DNA from: Eledone cirrhosa
Lineage: Eukaryota
NCBI GenBank assembly: GCA_964016885.1
Contig: OZ024742.1
Location: forward strand, 175,708,001-175,772,000
DNA: 64,000 nucleotides
Direction: 5' to 3'
Shown here: positions 23,170 to 37,237 of the stretch, in pieces
Position numbering within the stretch: the first letter of the stretch is position 1
Layout of the letters: each line of letters starts with the position of its first letter
Notes under the pieces: model-generated
Database searches by the model: none
Told to the model about the DNA's origin: nothing
Seen by the model: the letters and a program-made list of their open reading frames with translations, nothing else
Program-made: the position numbers and the translations under genes

Positions 23170-25112
23170 CCTAAGAAATTTCAAAAATAATATTGAAAAC
23201 TTGCAGAACACGGAAAAAATTCTAGTAAAGTGAGACAAAACCAATAATCTTTACGGAAAAAAAAGGACATCTATAACGATCTTATATTAAAGGAATTAAG
23301 GAAGAAATACAAAATAACAACTAATGACGACCTTGAAAAATTGAATACAGATGCCTCATATATAATGCATGAATTAGGCATTGAAAATAGGACACAACCC
23401 TTCATGCCAAGGAAACCTAAAATTAATATGAAGGACCACAAAAGGAACTTTGAAACTGAATTACCAGTCAGATTAATTGCACCATCTAAATCGGACCTTG
23501 GCATACTCAGCAAGAATATTTTAGACAGAATAATACCACAAATTAAGGAATTATCTTATTTAAAATTATGGAAAGGAAATAATGAAGTTATCGAATGGTT
23601 TCAGGAAATTAAATATAACTATAATAATAAGTTTATTCAATTGGATAGTGTTAATTATTACTCATCCATCACTCCTAATCTACTTAATAAAGCCTAACAT
23701 ATGCATTTAAACATACAGACTTAACTAGTAATGAAATGCACATTATCTTAACGGTACGGAAAACATTAATAGAATTTAACAACCAACTCTGGACTAGAGC
23801 AGATAGAAATAATAATTTCGATATCACTATGGGATCATCCGATTCCGCTCAGGTAACGGATCTTGTGGGCCTTTTTATAAATAATTCTCTACAGAGAAAA
23901 ATACCTGAGATCACTGGAGGTTTATATCGTGACGACATGCTATTACTTATCGAAAATAATAACTGGGAATTAAATAGGAAAAGAAAAGAAATCATACAAT
24001 TTTTTAATTACCTTAATCTAAAAGTAGAAATAGAGAATAACCATAAAATAGTTAATTTTCTAGATGTAACCTTAAACCTTAACACATGTCTTCATTATCC
24101 ATTTCACAAACTAAACGAGAACTTAAACTACGTTAATTTTAACTTTAATCACCCCAGATCCGTTAAAAATACTATAGTGAATTCTGTACAGCAACGCATT
24201 TCTAGAATTTAAGCTAATAAGAATATATTTGATGATAAAGCACATTATTACAACGAAGCCTTAGGTAGAGCTGGATATAGAAATAAAATTAAATACATTG
24301 ATAATAATAATATAACAACTAACCATAATCTTAACAATTTTAACAACTATAATAGAAAACCTTAAAATAATTCGGAAAACAAAAAAGAAATAGAACTAGG
24401 AATATATTATGGTTCGCTCCTCCTTTCTCATTAAATATTAAAACTCCTATTGCTAAACTATTCTTTAAAGCTCTTGACAAATGCTTCCCTAGAACACATA
24501 GATATTACTCAATATTTAATAGACATACTATAAAAATAACTTATTCATCCACCAAACATTTAGCGCAGAATATTAATAGAATTAATAATAGAAATTTAAA
24601 ACCTAACCAACATACCAATAATAACCCCAGCAATATCCAATACAGCTCAATTTAATAATACAGCTCCTAGTGACTTAAATTTTGATAAATGTAACTGTAG
24701 AAATAAACCTAATTGTCCGTTAAATAACAATTACTTAGCTAAAAATATAGTATATAATTGTAATGTAAAAACCAATTTAAATTCATTTAATTATGTAGGA
24801 TCTACTTCAACAGATTTTAAATCTCGTTTTAATAACCATAAAAGCTCTTTTACGCATTTGAACAAAAAATCTTCAACTTCTCTATCTAGCTTATTAAATG
24901 ACCTTAAATTAAAGAACGTTAAATATTCGTTACTTTGGAATATTATTTCAAAAGCTACTCCTTTTAACTCCTCTTCAGAAAATTGTGATCTTTGTATAGA
25001 GGAAATATTATTTATATTAAAAAGCAAAAATTCCCTGAACATAAGGAGCAATCTTTTCAGTTGCTGCAAACATAGATTGAATTCAACGTTTAGATATAAA
25101 TTTAAAATGTAA
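23170..25112 (+). pseudogene. Penelope RT/GIY-YIG pseudogene
   Basis: ORF pieces 23341-23697, 23736-24212 and 24858-25112 interrupted by stops and frameshifts. Confidence 0.85.
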
Positions 25113-25603
25113 TATACAATTAATTCTATTAAATATATTGAACCCATCGATAAATCATTAGATTCCTTCATCTGACTGCTTAAAACTCTCAAATTAAAAA
25201 AAAATATTTTCCTAGAAAATTTTTCTAGATAAACATACGGAAAGCTCTTAAAAGGGGAAAATATTTTCTTTGAAAGTTTCTCCTATTTTCGAAAGTTTCT
25301 CTTTCTTTTTCTTTGAAAATTTCCCATATGGTTATAAAAATTAAGTTAAACATACTGAGAGTTAAATATTATATATAAAAAAAATTTAAATTTTTATACT
25401 GAATTTTTTAGACATATTCTTATTTTTAAATTATATCTTAAAATATTTTTTAATATTTTTTAAAATTATATTGCTTTAAAGTTATATTGCTTATAATTGT
25501 ACGAATATATTTCCAAATCGTAATTCCTTTTAAAACTATAATTCATTTTTATTTTATTTTATATATTATGTACTTTAATTATACTATGTACTTTATATTT
25601 ATG

Positions 25604-25717
<114 letters not shown>

Positions 25718-25911
25718 ATGCATGTCTACCGGTATGTGTATATATGTGTATGTGTATCTGTGGGGGTTGTGTATATGTATATATGCATACAACTCGAATG
25801 CATTCGGTTATAAGGGATTTCTTACGGTTTATGATAAACAAACTTATACAATAACAGTCACAACTACATAACAGGTGGATTTATTAGATATAAAATTTAT
25901 TACATTTATTA

Positions 25912-25970
25912 AATAATATAAGGTTTGTATAATAATATAAGGTTTGTATAATAATATAAGGTTTGTATAA
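25912..25970. repeat. 19-bp minisatellite x3
   Basis: AATAATATAAGGTTTGTAT repeated three times. Confidence 0.85.
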
Positions 25971-28345
25971 TCTTAAATTTCCTTTATTATCTTAACATTT
26001 ATAACATTTAATAGAAGTAAATAACTTAATTTCCTTCACGCTGTGTTGCTATTACATAGAAATGATTTTCTCCGATTTTTTCTCCGTTTTCTCCGAAAAA
26101 TCTATAAGTTTAAAAATATTCCTATATCTTAAACATAAAAAGTCCTTTATTGTATGTATGTATATGTATGTATGTGTAGGTATATATAAATATTTATATG
26201 TATATATATATGTGTGCGTATGTATATATATGAATATATTCTTTTAATAAAACATATAGATTTTTTAATAATATATAGTTTTAATAATATATAGATTTTT
26301 TAATAATATATAGATCTTAATTTTAATGTATAGATCTCAATAATTTAATTGATAATTTAATTGATAAACTAAACATTTAATCATATTTAAACACTGGTTA
26401 AAATTCTCCAGTTATTATTATTTATTTATTTTCTATTCACGCTTATTTACTCTTCTTAACTCATCCAATAAATATTTATTTTTTCACTTCATCTTAAAAG
26501 TTACGCTAATACAACAACCTGTCACTTAGGGCTTTCTCTTTCTCTTTCTCTTTTTCTCTTTCTCTTTTTCTTGTTTTCTTTTTTCTCTTTTTTTCTCTTT
26601 CTTTTCTTTCCCTTTCTCCATACCCCAACGGCTTATTTTAAATCTACTGTGATTTAAACATATCCGACACTAATTTGCATAATAGAATAAATAAATTTAA
26701 TAACCCCACTATCCAGGAGCTTCCAACAGAAATGGTCGCATTCTTTAAGGGTATGTCAATATTTATTTATAAAACTGATCTATATTATATTTTATCTGAT
26801 GAAAGCACACCATAATTTAACTTGGTGTCCTTGAAATATGTATACTGAAATAAATATGGTTTTATAAATATAGTTTCCATTTGTTAATATATCGTATATA
26901 TATATATATAATATGATATAATCTTCTAGAATTAAAAAGAAACAAATATCTTGGCATAGCTATTATAACCACGACCATTTTCTTCCTTACACATACTCTT
27001 ACCATCTCCTTTCCAATATGGGATTAGCTTTGCAGAGATAATTTACCAAGGGCTATACAGTGGTGTTAATTGAACTCATTAACCACAGGGCTATGCCTAC
27101 AACTATAGTTCACACATTTTATAGAAATATACATATTTGATTTGTGTTTCTTGGGGGTCAAGGACAACACAATGAGTGCCATAGTGTTGAAAAGTATTAG
27201 TGCTGGTGCTAGAATAAAATTCCCACATGCTTCAAATGATTTGCTGGTGCCTTGATAAAATGCACCCAATCCACATTATAAAGAGTTGGTACTACAATAG
27301 AGAAAAAAAACAATCCACCCTATCAGGGTGTCATAATAAAACACACCATGTACTAGTTGGCTATAGGAAGGGCATTCAGCTGTAGAAGCCATGCCAAAAT
27401 AAAATGTATGACTGAAACGTAGTCACCTGAGCTATCTCGCTTCAGAATGTAACAACCTATCTAAACTATGCCATCATAAAACAATGATGATGATGATGAT
27501 GAGTTCAATAAGTGGTTCATCACGCCAGTAATGATTCAGTGTAACAAAAGATATGCTTATGATTCCCTTAATTACTTTAGCTGCTTGATAGGCAGAAACT
27601 TGAATTAATTTGAAATTTTCCAACAGACACATTTCAAGATATTTCAAATACTAGAAAAAGAAAATAGTTGGGGTGGAGTGGGAGCAGATATAATTATATG
27701 ATTTGACAGCAGGAAAATATGAAACTTATGTAATTGGTATATAAAATTAATTTGCAATAGAATAGGAATGATTCTGACATTTGTTTAGCCAATTAATTCT
27801 TAGTTATCCCATTAGGATATGTGTATATAGAAATTTGTGTTTTTAACAGCAGCAGCAACAACTACAACAAAAACAACAACAACATCAACAACATGACAGC
27901 TAATTTGCTGTCATTTTCTTTCAGTTCCAGTCAATACAAGAAATCATCATCATTTTATACCAGCCTGCAAAGCAGATGTATCATGGTGGTCTTGACTCCT
28001 TGTAACTTGAAAAAATAGCAACACCATCCCCTTTCCCATCCCATTCTTCTGTGACCCTAGAGTCTTTGCCTTTCCCTTACTTTTCCATTTTCATAACTAC
28101 AAAATACTTTCATTTTTTGCTATAAAATATTTTTCATTCTTTATTTGTTTAGATGTCTAGATAGTTATCTTGTTTAAACTGGCAACAAATATTATTGAAT
28201 AAACTTAATCATTTCATTATCATATTTCTTAAAATAGCACATTCAAATCAGTTTGCAAATAATCAAGTATTTTGTGGAACTTACCACTTTAACTAATTTA
28301 ATCATTTTGAAACTGGTGTTTGGAACAGAATTATTATCATATATA

Positions 28346-28823
28346 CTAGCAGAAAAACCACTCTTCGGGTGGTTTTCTGCTAGCATGTGTAGTGTGCATA
28401 TTGATATTATATGCAAGTATATATGCATCTAGAGATGATACATCAAATAAAATCGTAATTGACAATATACACAGAAATGGAATGAAGTCTGCATTACACT
28501 TTCTTATGTAATCAGTAACGTAATCCATGATATATTAAAAAAAGATGATATATATAAACTGCATTAGGAGAAAATTAGTGACGGAAATATATGAATGTTT
28601 ATTTAAACGATCGCTAACCAGAAGTGTTGATTTTAACATTTTAAAGAAGTGAATCTTTAAATAAGCAATAAAATATATTTAATCAAAAGCTACGAAATTT
28701 AGCAGATTAATTAAGTAATATTCATTCATTATTTATTGAAAGTAATCCAACTTATTTTACAAACGGGATAAAAAATTATATTCTGGATGCAGTCCCGCAC
28801 TCCTTTCTTTATTATAGTTAAGA
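28346..28823 (-). mobile_element. non-autonomous Helitron
   Basis: Minus strand starts A^TCTTAACTATAATAAAG and ends with a hairpin plus CTAG^T; no ORF. Confidence 0.6.
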
Positions 28824-28842
28824 TATAAGCACTAAAATATAC

Positions 28843-29400
28843 AGCCATGTATCATAGAAGCAGGGTTGTTACTGGCAGTTTGGTAGCAAAATAGTTAATA
28901 TGGATGTGAAAGGAAATATGTATTCTTTTAAATCATTTTAGGGTATGGCCAGCAACACAAACCTGTAACATATCCTGAACAAGCAATGCCTGTGCTTTGA
29001 AGGTTTTTTAAATGGGGAAAGGCCTTGTACTCGACCAATCCCACTCTCTAATCATCAAAAACCTTACCCTAAAAGGAGAACTGGTCAACATCATTGAATG
29101 CTTCCGAAGCCGCAGTTTTAATTTCAGAGTTCCCCTCTCCTAGAAAGGTGTTGTGACAACTGGAGGGACTTTCACTCCCAGGTAAAAAAAAAAAAAAAAA
29201 AAAACTATTTGGATGGACGTTGACTCTGCTGAGTTCCTCCGCCCTTTGCTGGGTCTTGTATTTCATCCCGCAGGGTGTCCAAATATCACCCTCCTCACCA
29301 AGCTATCTTGGTGGGGTTGCTGGTTTAGTTGACGACGACCCGACTATGATACAGGTTGTACTATGTTATATGTTACCAGTAGCACTCAAGAGCGACCTGA
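28843..29400 (-). mobile_element. probable LINE 5' UTR fragment
   Basis: GC-richer, hairpin-rich block starting at a (TATG)n tract; assignment rests on recalled resemblance to RTE-type 5' UTRs only. Confidence 0.4.
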
Positions 29401-29834
29401 CATACATACATACATAGTTACAAATTAAAGCTAGTAAATCCATTATTAAACTCACATGTTCCATTTCCATTATTATTGTAGCATTTTTCTATTTATCCAA
29501 TGTAACTTCCTCACCTATCAATCAAGGTATAACTGCTTCTAATAAAATGGTCAATGTGAGCAATCAATACACATTATTCGATTTTAATATCCCATTATAA
29601 CACCAAAATGTTTAAACTTTATTGTATTGTAGGGCCTACATATCTTAATAATAACAATCATTTTTTCTAACATTGGCCAACAGTTTGAGGCGGGTACTTT
29701 ACATTATCAACCATGGAATGATGAAAAGCAATGTAATCTCGGCAGGATTTGAACTCAGAATGTGGAAAGGCATAAAAATATCACAAAGAATTTGTCTAAT
29801 GCTTTATTAATACTGCCAATCCATTTCTCATAAT

Positions 29835-30022
29835 AATTGTTTCTACTTTAGGCACAAGGCCAGCAATTACCCAGTGCATTACTGGTACTTTATTTTATCG
29901 ACCCCGTAAGGATGAAAGACAAAGTCAACCTCGGCGGGATTTGAACTCAGATCATAAAGGGACGTAACTAAGCTGGAAAGCATGGCGTCTGACCCACTAC
30001 CGATACTGCCAATCCACCGCCC
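29835..30022 (-). mobile_element. SINE family A, full length
   Basis: Full copy; TCATAATAATT present on both sides (TSD-like). Confidence 0.88.
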
Positions 30023-32027
30023 TTATTTATCATAATAATTTAAGATAAATATGTGAGTGAGTATATATATTTATATATCCAATAGAAGAATGGCTCCATA
30101 GTCATAGTTCTGTTAGATACGTGACCTAAATAACAGAGGATGAAAATGCTGTGAAATCATAGAGACCAGAATAAGTTTAGGAACCTACTAACTTAGCTAA
30201 TAAGAAAGGGATTCGCTCTAAGTGAACAGTAAATTGCATGAGAGCAGAAATGTTGCATGACAACAAGACATGTGCAATTAATGCAGATGTGCAAAGTTCT
30301 AAAAGAAATTAAGTGAGTATCTACATGAATAATCTTACATTATTAAGCTTGTCAGTTTTAATTTAAATATGAGCACCTTAATATTTGGTACTTAACCACA
30401 TGAAACACCCTCTGGTGTTTCTTACAAAACTTTTTAATGTTATATATTCATGGAAAACATATATAACTTTATGTGAGAAAATGTATTAATTTATAGTCCA
30501 AACATACATGTGAAATTTAGCTATACTACTAAATCCCTCCAAATTGTATATTTTCAAAACGATTCAAAAATAATAGGTAGCGTATTTCATAAAATTTCAT
30601 AAGAACTATTGAAACTAAAGCATTAATGGCTATAACTGTCTATTAATGGATATAATTTGATATTTCATATTATGTTACATATGTTTTTAGTGCATCATTA
30701 ATTTAATTCCACTGTTAATGAAAGCTTTGTTATGCATGCCATACGAATATGATTTAGCAAAGTTATGACAAAGTTATGACATACAGTGACCATGAATAAC
30801 TTTTAAGCTCTCTTCCTATGGTTAGTGAGAGTAGGGTACACACGCTCTGATGAAGTTTCCACTTAGATTTGAAACTACTCAGACCAATCCTTATTTTTCT
30901 GTAGAAAAGGAGGTTTTTTCAAATCATTCCAAATTCTTGATTATATTCAAACGGATTTGTAAGTTTTCGGCAATTTTGTATAAGAAATATGACCACAAAA
31001 TGTTTTTTTCATCAATAAATCCTCAGTAATTCCCGGCCTTGTGTTATCTACAATGAAATATTTCAGAAATACAAATCCATGAAATATTTAGTTGTCTATT
31101 GCTGTAATTATTGTTAATCATAAGGATAAATTCAATATTTTGTGAATACACACACAGATATATATTAATATAATTTACAATTTAATTCATGTCTTAATAT
31201 TCATTTTATACACACTCATATATAAGGAATATGAAGCATTTCAATTCTAACCAATTTAGAAAATTTATTTTCTAGCCCTTCCTTATTATTTGTGAATATA
31301 AGAGAACATCTTAAAGACAATTTAAATACAGAGGAGTGAATGTAATATAATTAATTCTCTGGAAAAAAAGAAGCCAAAAAAAACAAACATTGCTCAAAGC
31401 AACTAGAAATTGTTTTGAAATAAAGCAATACAATACACTTCACTTGTCTTTCAATTTACCACAAAATTCAGCAAAACCTTTAATCATTCCAGCTTTCCAC
31501 AGCATTAAGCAATAATTATTCTTCCCAACAAACACCATTGGGAATGATTATTGCGATGTATTGGAATATTTCTCATCATGCATCAAAATTAAATTAGCAT
31601 TTAACAATAATTAACCCAACTTTTGCAATTTTTATCTTAATTGATAATAGCCATTAGCCACAATTTTTCTCCATTTTAACTAGAATATTCTGCCCATTAT
31701 TTCATTTGAGTGGTCATTGTTTTGACAATAATAATACAAATTGGTAATAGTATTAAGAAATTATTACTGACAGTTTATCATATTATTTAGTCATAATTAT
31801 CCAAGATAGAATCAAATTGTTGTAGAAAAGAATGCTATTATAAAGCAGGTTATAACATACATACTTCTGTGTCTTTCATTACAACTGTAACATTGAAAAG
31901 CATATTTTGAATGAATTCATATGGATATAATTGTATTAATGACAAAATCAGACAATTAAAGATGAAATATGAAAACGAAGAAATAATGATAATAATAATA
32001 ATGATTTGTAACATTTATAAGTATTCC

Positions 32028-32058
<31 letters not shown>

Positions 32059-32179
32059 TGCTTTCAATCCCCAGCCTAAAAGAACGTGTAAGTCTTCAAC
32101 AAAGAGTACGATTGTTCCATAACACACGGTCAAATCTCTCAAATGAAAATTTATGATTCTGACCTCTCTTTACTCCACT

Positions 32180-32620
32180 CTCTCTCATCATTAGCCCTGG
32201 AAAGTCTGTTGTTGGACATAGGCTTTTCCCGAGCTGCGCTATCTTTGCTGATCCTGAGCTATTCATGGCCAAAATGTTTCAATTATTCAAGGTCATCTCA
32301 CCACCTGATTTTCTGGCAGACTTGGTTGCTTGTGTGACCTTGCAGGGACCAGAATATGACGAGGGTGTTCCATCTCTTCACAGTCATTCGGGCATTTTGC
32401 TTTGCTAATAATTTTTAGGATGCAGTGAACTTTGGTGTTTTCTTGGATCCATTTGGCATTTTTTCGATCTCGGCAAGTGATGTTTAATATGATCCTTTCA
32501 TTGCATTGCTTGTAGCTTTAGTGTTTGGCTTTTTGTTGGGTTCCAGGTTTCTTATCCATAGGTGACATTTGGTAGAGTACAATGGTTATAAACTTGACAT
32601 TTCAAGACAATTGGCATCGT
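32180..32620 (-). mobile_element. old RTE-type LINE 3' fragment
   Basis: Minus strand translates to degenerate LKCQVYNHCTLPNVTYG*ETW and ...IRW*DDL. Confidence 0.55.
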
Positions 32621-33450
32621 GGCCATATCACTGTAAGTCACCTGTGACCCATTCCCTAGCAGAATAACATCCAGGTGTTAAATGTATACTTTAAAATTTA
32701 TTTTCATTCAGACATTTTTATATATTTATCTCCATGTGTCAAATGAATGCTTCCAACTTTACATGTCACATGACAGGTTCATCTCTTGTATAAAATATTT
32801 TTGATCTAAAGAGTTGAATGTCTTTCAGAAATGGATAAAAATGATCAACAGACTAAGTAAGGTCAAAAATAAGGAAATTTCACAAAAAAGCATCTCACTA
32901 TTTTACATGCAGTTGGCAGCTTTATCTATTCTTTTAATGAATTCAGTTAATAGATGACAGCCATGCTGGGGCATTGCCTTCTAGGGATTTAGTCAATCGT
33001 ATTGACCCCATGAATTTTTTTTAAAGAAATGGCAATCACCATTTGTTGTACTGTTAAGTAAACATTAACTCCCATTTATATATATAAATAAATATATATA
33101 TATATATAAACAAAATTAGAATTTGGTTATTTGCTCAACATATTATGTATACATAAATGCTTCATGAATTTTATATCGAATAATAATTATATTTGGTCCA
33201 TTTGCAAGCAAACAGCCTAAGTAAGCTATGTTTTTTAGATGGCTATCACCATCCTTTTGTTCTAGCAGTGACAGAGGGAAATACACAATCTTGACAAAGG
33301 GCAATAACTCAAAAACAATATTATTGTTGATTATTTCTCTGTGTCACCAAAAGAAAAAAAGGATGCCATTGGTCATCTAAAAATCATAGTCTAATGATGG
33401 TGTTTGCTTGCAAATGAATTGAATATTATTATTTCAATATAAATATATAT

Positions 33451-33635
33451 GGCGGTGGATTGGCAGTATCGGTAGAGAGTCGGATGCCATGCTTTCCAGC
33501 ATAGTTACGTCCCTTTACGATCTGAGTTCAAATCCCGCTGAGGTTGACTTTGCCTTTCATCCTTACGGTGTCGATAAAATAAAGTACCAGTAATGCACTG
33601 GGTAATTGCTGGCCTTGTGCCTAAAGTAGAAACAA
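33451..33635 (+). mobile_element. SINE family A, full length
   Basis: GGCGGTGGATTGGCAGTATCGG A-box region, B-box, tail; TTATTTCAATATA on both sides. Confidence 0.9.
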
Positions 33636-33701
33636 TTATTTCAATATATAACACAGGAATGAATATATATATATATACATCATTATAAGAAGTAGAAACA
33701 A

Positions 33702-33900
33702 TTATTTAATAGAGAAATGACTTCTACAGGACTAGAGTTGTTTCATATGCATGAAATTATCAAGAATGCCCTGATGATTTCATACAAATGAAACAGTTCT
33801 AGTCCTGTAAAAACCATTTCTCTATTAAATAAGGATGTTTACACTTCACTAATTTATTGAGTGTCTTTTTGACTATGGTTACCCATGATTTCATTCAAGA
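33702..33900. repeat. inverted PLE-type terminal repeat with hammerhead (family H6), decayed
   Basis: Palindrome 33702-33832 containing CTGATGA (33771)..GAAACAG..CTGTA; homologous to 37030-37203 and 57964-58090. Confidence 0.65.
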
Positions 33901-34030
33901 TCTACTTATTATATACACACACATACACACACACACATATACACACACACACATATATATACACATATATACACACACACATATACACACACACACATAC
34001 ACATATATACAGCCACATATACACACACAC

Positions 34031-34064
<34 letters not shown>

Positions 34065-34070
<6 letters not shown>

Positions 34071-34970
34071 TTCTTAAAATAACAGATTAAAGTTTAAGCA
34101 AACAATCGCTGCTTTCACCCTTAGCAGGATCTTCTAAAAAAAATCGATCTCTGAACGCAGAAGTAAATATTTCGGAAACAGGAAAACAATATTTGGGTTC
34201 GTGAAGACATTCCCTGGCAATGAACGAAAAAAAAGCGATGATAATACGTTGTTATGTGGAACGGTGAGAACAATATTACAAACAAAGACAAAACCACGTT
34301 TATGGTATATTTCATTTTCATTTCATTTGAGTTTGAGTCCATGCTCAGGCCAAGTCGAAGACTCCACCCTCAGAGTCTGGTGTGGTTGCCAGGTTGTATT
34401 CTCTGTTTAATTTTGACATGTGTAGGAGCGAGTTTGAGTCAGTTTATGCTCGTTGTGTATATCCTGGGAGATGGGGTTCATCTCTAATGGTGCTTAAGTA
34501 TCTATCCAGCTGCAATGTGAATGATTCCACACTGCATCCTGATAGATTTCTGACATGTACCGGAATGGAGTTGAATAGTTGTATAGATGGAGTCATTAGA
34601 CTAAAATTCTATTTAGGAACCCGAATGATTCTCGGCTTCAGAGTTAAGAATAATGTAAATAAATAAGTAGAACAAAAATGACAGAGGTTATTAAAATCAT
34701 AAAAATAATAATAATTAAATATATACATACACACATCTATATACGCACATACACGTGCATATGCAAAACACACGCCATCCATGCATATACACGTACAAAT
34801 AAACACGCACACACATACGTAAACAAGCACAACACATATACCCGCACACATACAAACCTATACACCAAATACACATATAAATATATGTGTGTGTGTTTAC
34901 ATATTATAATTATATATACATATATAAATATACACGCATGAATGTGCATATAACGCACACACACACATAC
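34065..34970 (-). mobile_element. 3' UTR fragment of a Penelope related to 19123-21215
   Basis: Shared AAAGACAAAACCAC, CTGGCAATGAACGAAAAAA and GGTGAAAGCAGCGATT..GCTTAAACTTTAATCTGTT blocks. Confidence 0.6.
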
Positions 34971-35024
34971 CTACAGGTAAATACACATATGTTCATCAAA
35001 CGTACATATACTAAAACCCTATGT

Positions 35025-35064
<40 letters not shown>

Positions 35065-35067
35065 GAT

Positions 35068-35405
35068 GGAGGCATATGGCTCAGTGGTTAGAGCATTGAC
35101 CTTGCAATCGAAAGGTTGTGAGTTCAATTCTCAGACCGGGTGATGTGTTGTTTCCTTGAGCAAGACACTTTATTTCACATTGCTCCAGTTTACTCAGCTG
35201 TAGAAATGAGATGATAGGGACTGGGGTCCATATCATTCCACTGCAAAGTGGTCGTGGCGGTGCCACGGCAAAAAAGAACCCAGCACTCACTGTAAATGAG
35301 GTTGGTGTTAGGAAGGGCATCCAGCTGTAGAAATCAAGCCAGAATCAGTTCCAGTCCCACCCTTGCAAGCAAGGAAAAGTGGACGTAAAATGAAATGATG
35401 ATGAT
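35068..35405 (+). mobile_element. SINE family B (tRNA head, CORE-like body, RTE tail), full length
   Basis: TGGCTCAGTGG A-box, GAGTTCAATTC B-box, CORE-like segment, GGTTGGTGTTAGGAAGGGCATCCAGC...GGACGTAAAA..(GAT)n. Confidence 0.88.
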
Positions 35406-35439
35406 ATATATATATATATAAATGCAGCTCCTGAGTAGT

Positions 35440-35945
35440 AAAGATCATATCCACTGTTCCTCTTTAATTTCTGAACCCACTCTGCGACTTAGGCAACACA
35501 TTCAGAGCAGCCTTTGAGATCAAGCTATCCATCAACATTCGACACATGACTTTACCAACTACTGAAAGAAGTGATATTACATGATAATTGCCACATTTGT
35601 CTTTCCCACACTTCCCTTTATGGAGAATCACCATGTGCACATTCCTCCAATCTTGTGGGAAAACTCATCTTCCCATACCTTTTTCATGAGGTCAGTCAAG
35701 TGCTGCGTGAAGTTTTCACCACCACACTTCAAAACCTCTCCACTCAGACCATCCATACCAGGAGACTTACCACAGTTTAGCTGATGCACAGCAGAAGTCA
35801 CCTCTGCACGAGAAGGTACACCGGCCATCTCATGCTTCATTGGTTCAATAGGAATGGGGCAAATGAAATCATTATCAATCTGGGATGGCTGGTTTAAGAG
35901 CTCATCAAAGTGATCTCTCCATCTGTCGAGTATGTCTTTTCAATG
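35440..35945 (-). mobile_element. RTE-type LINE ORF fragment
   Basis: PSRAEVTSAVHQLNCGKSPGMDGLSGEVLKCGG, typical of the region just N-terminal to the RT. Confidence 0.7.
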
Positions 35946-36097
35946 TGCTACACAACTTCCTGTAAAAAGATTATATTTAGAGAATATAAATATCCGTACA
36001 AACAAATATTTCTTTCAATCATTTGAAGATTAAATAGTGTATAGTTAGATAGTTACTCAATGTACCATTAATTAATGAGACACAAGAAAGCAGTTTT

Positions 36098-36184
<87 letters not shown>

Positions 36185-37197
36185 AAACACAGTCTCCATG
36201 CCCCAAAAGAAAATGTTATATAACAGACTCCAGACAATTTAATACATAACTGTCTATTACATGCAGGCAACTGCAAACTCACACACACATTATATATATA
36301 TTGTCATATTTAGGTATGGTCATGTTGCCAGTATTGCCAATAAAAAGGACCACACAGACTATATGATTTCCACTTTATCTTTATTGCATGTTATTTGAAC
36401 TAAATAATAACTGGTAATAAAGATAGAGTGAAAACAGAAAATCATATGGTATGTTTCTTTTTCTTGCAATACTGGCAACATGACCATCCTCAAATATAAC
36501 AATATCAGTTTCAATACACAATTTTACATCAAGAATTTTGCAAAAACACATATATAAATGCGTGTGTGTGTTTGAGTGTGTGTGGTTGTGTATGTTTGAG
36601 TGTGTGTGTGTGTGCATTTGCATGTGTGCATTTGTGTGGGTGGTGGGTCTGTGTATATGAAATAAACATTAAGAGAAGTTACAGAATTATATTATTATAT
36701 GTATTTCTGTGACCTCAGCATGAATCTGTTGTGCTATTGTTACAATGGCAACCAGCACCAGTTTGTCCACATCTGATGGCATCACATGAGTGCAGGTCAC
36801 TGTGGTAACAATTTTACAACAGCTCCATGCTGATCACAGAAATACATATAATAATAAATATGATTAGGTAACTTCTGCCTTAACATTTATTTCATACATG
36901 ATAATCGCATTAGGTTTGATACAACTGGCATAGAGTGCTTTACCTGCTTAAACCCTTTTAACAATAAGAAGTCAATACGCAACTTTAACAGATAAACAAA
37001 TAGCAACGTTTTTGTGTGTTTGTGTGTGTGTATCCCAGCTTCAACCGCGGGTAACCACAGTAAGTAAAGTAGTCAATACATAGCAGAGTATAAATATTTA
37101 ATATAGAAATGGCTTCTACAGGACTATAGCTGTTTCATTTGGAGGAAGTCATGATTTCCTTTGAATGAAACAGTTATAGTCCTGTAGAAGCCATTTC

Positions 37198-37236
<39 letters not shown>

Positions 37237-37237
<1 letters not shown>

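Noticed and set aside
30840-30885. CTGATGA..GAAAC hammerhead candidate
   Set aside because: Core present but helices I and III do not pair convincingly
33451-35405. tRNA genes at the SINE heads
   Set aside because: A and B boxes present but no complete cloverleaf; they continue into SINE bodies
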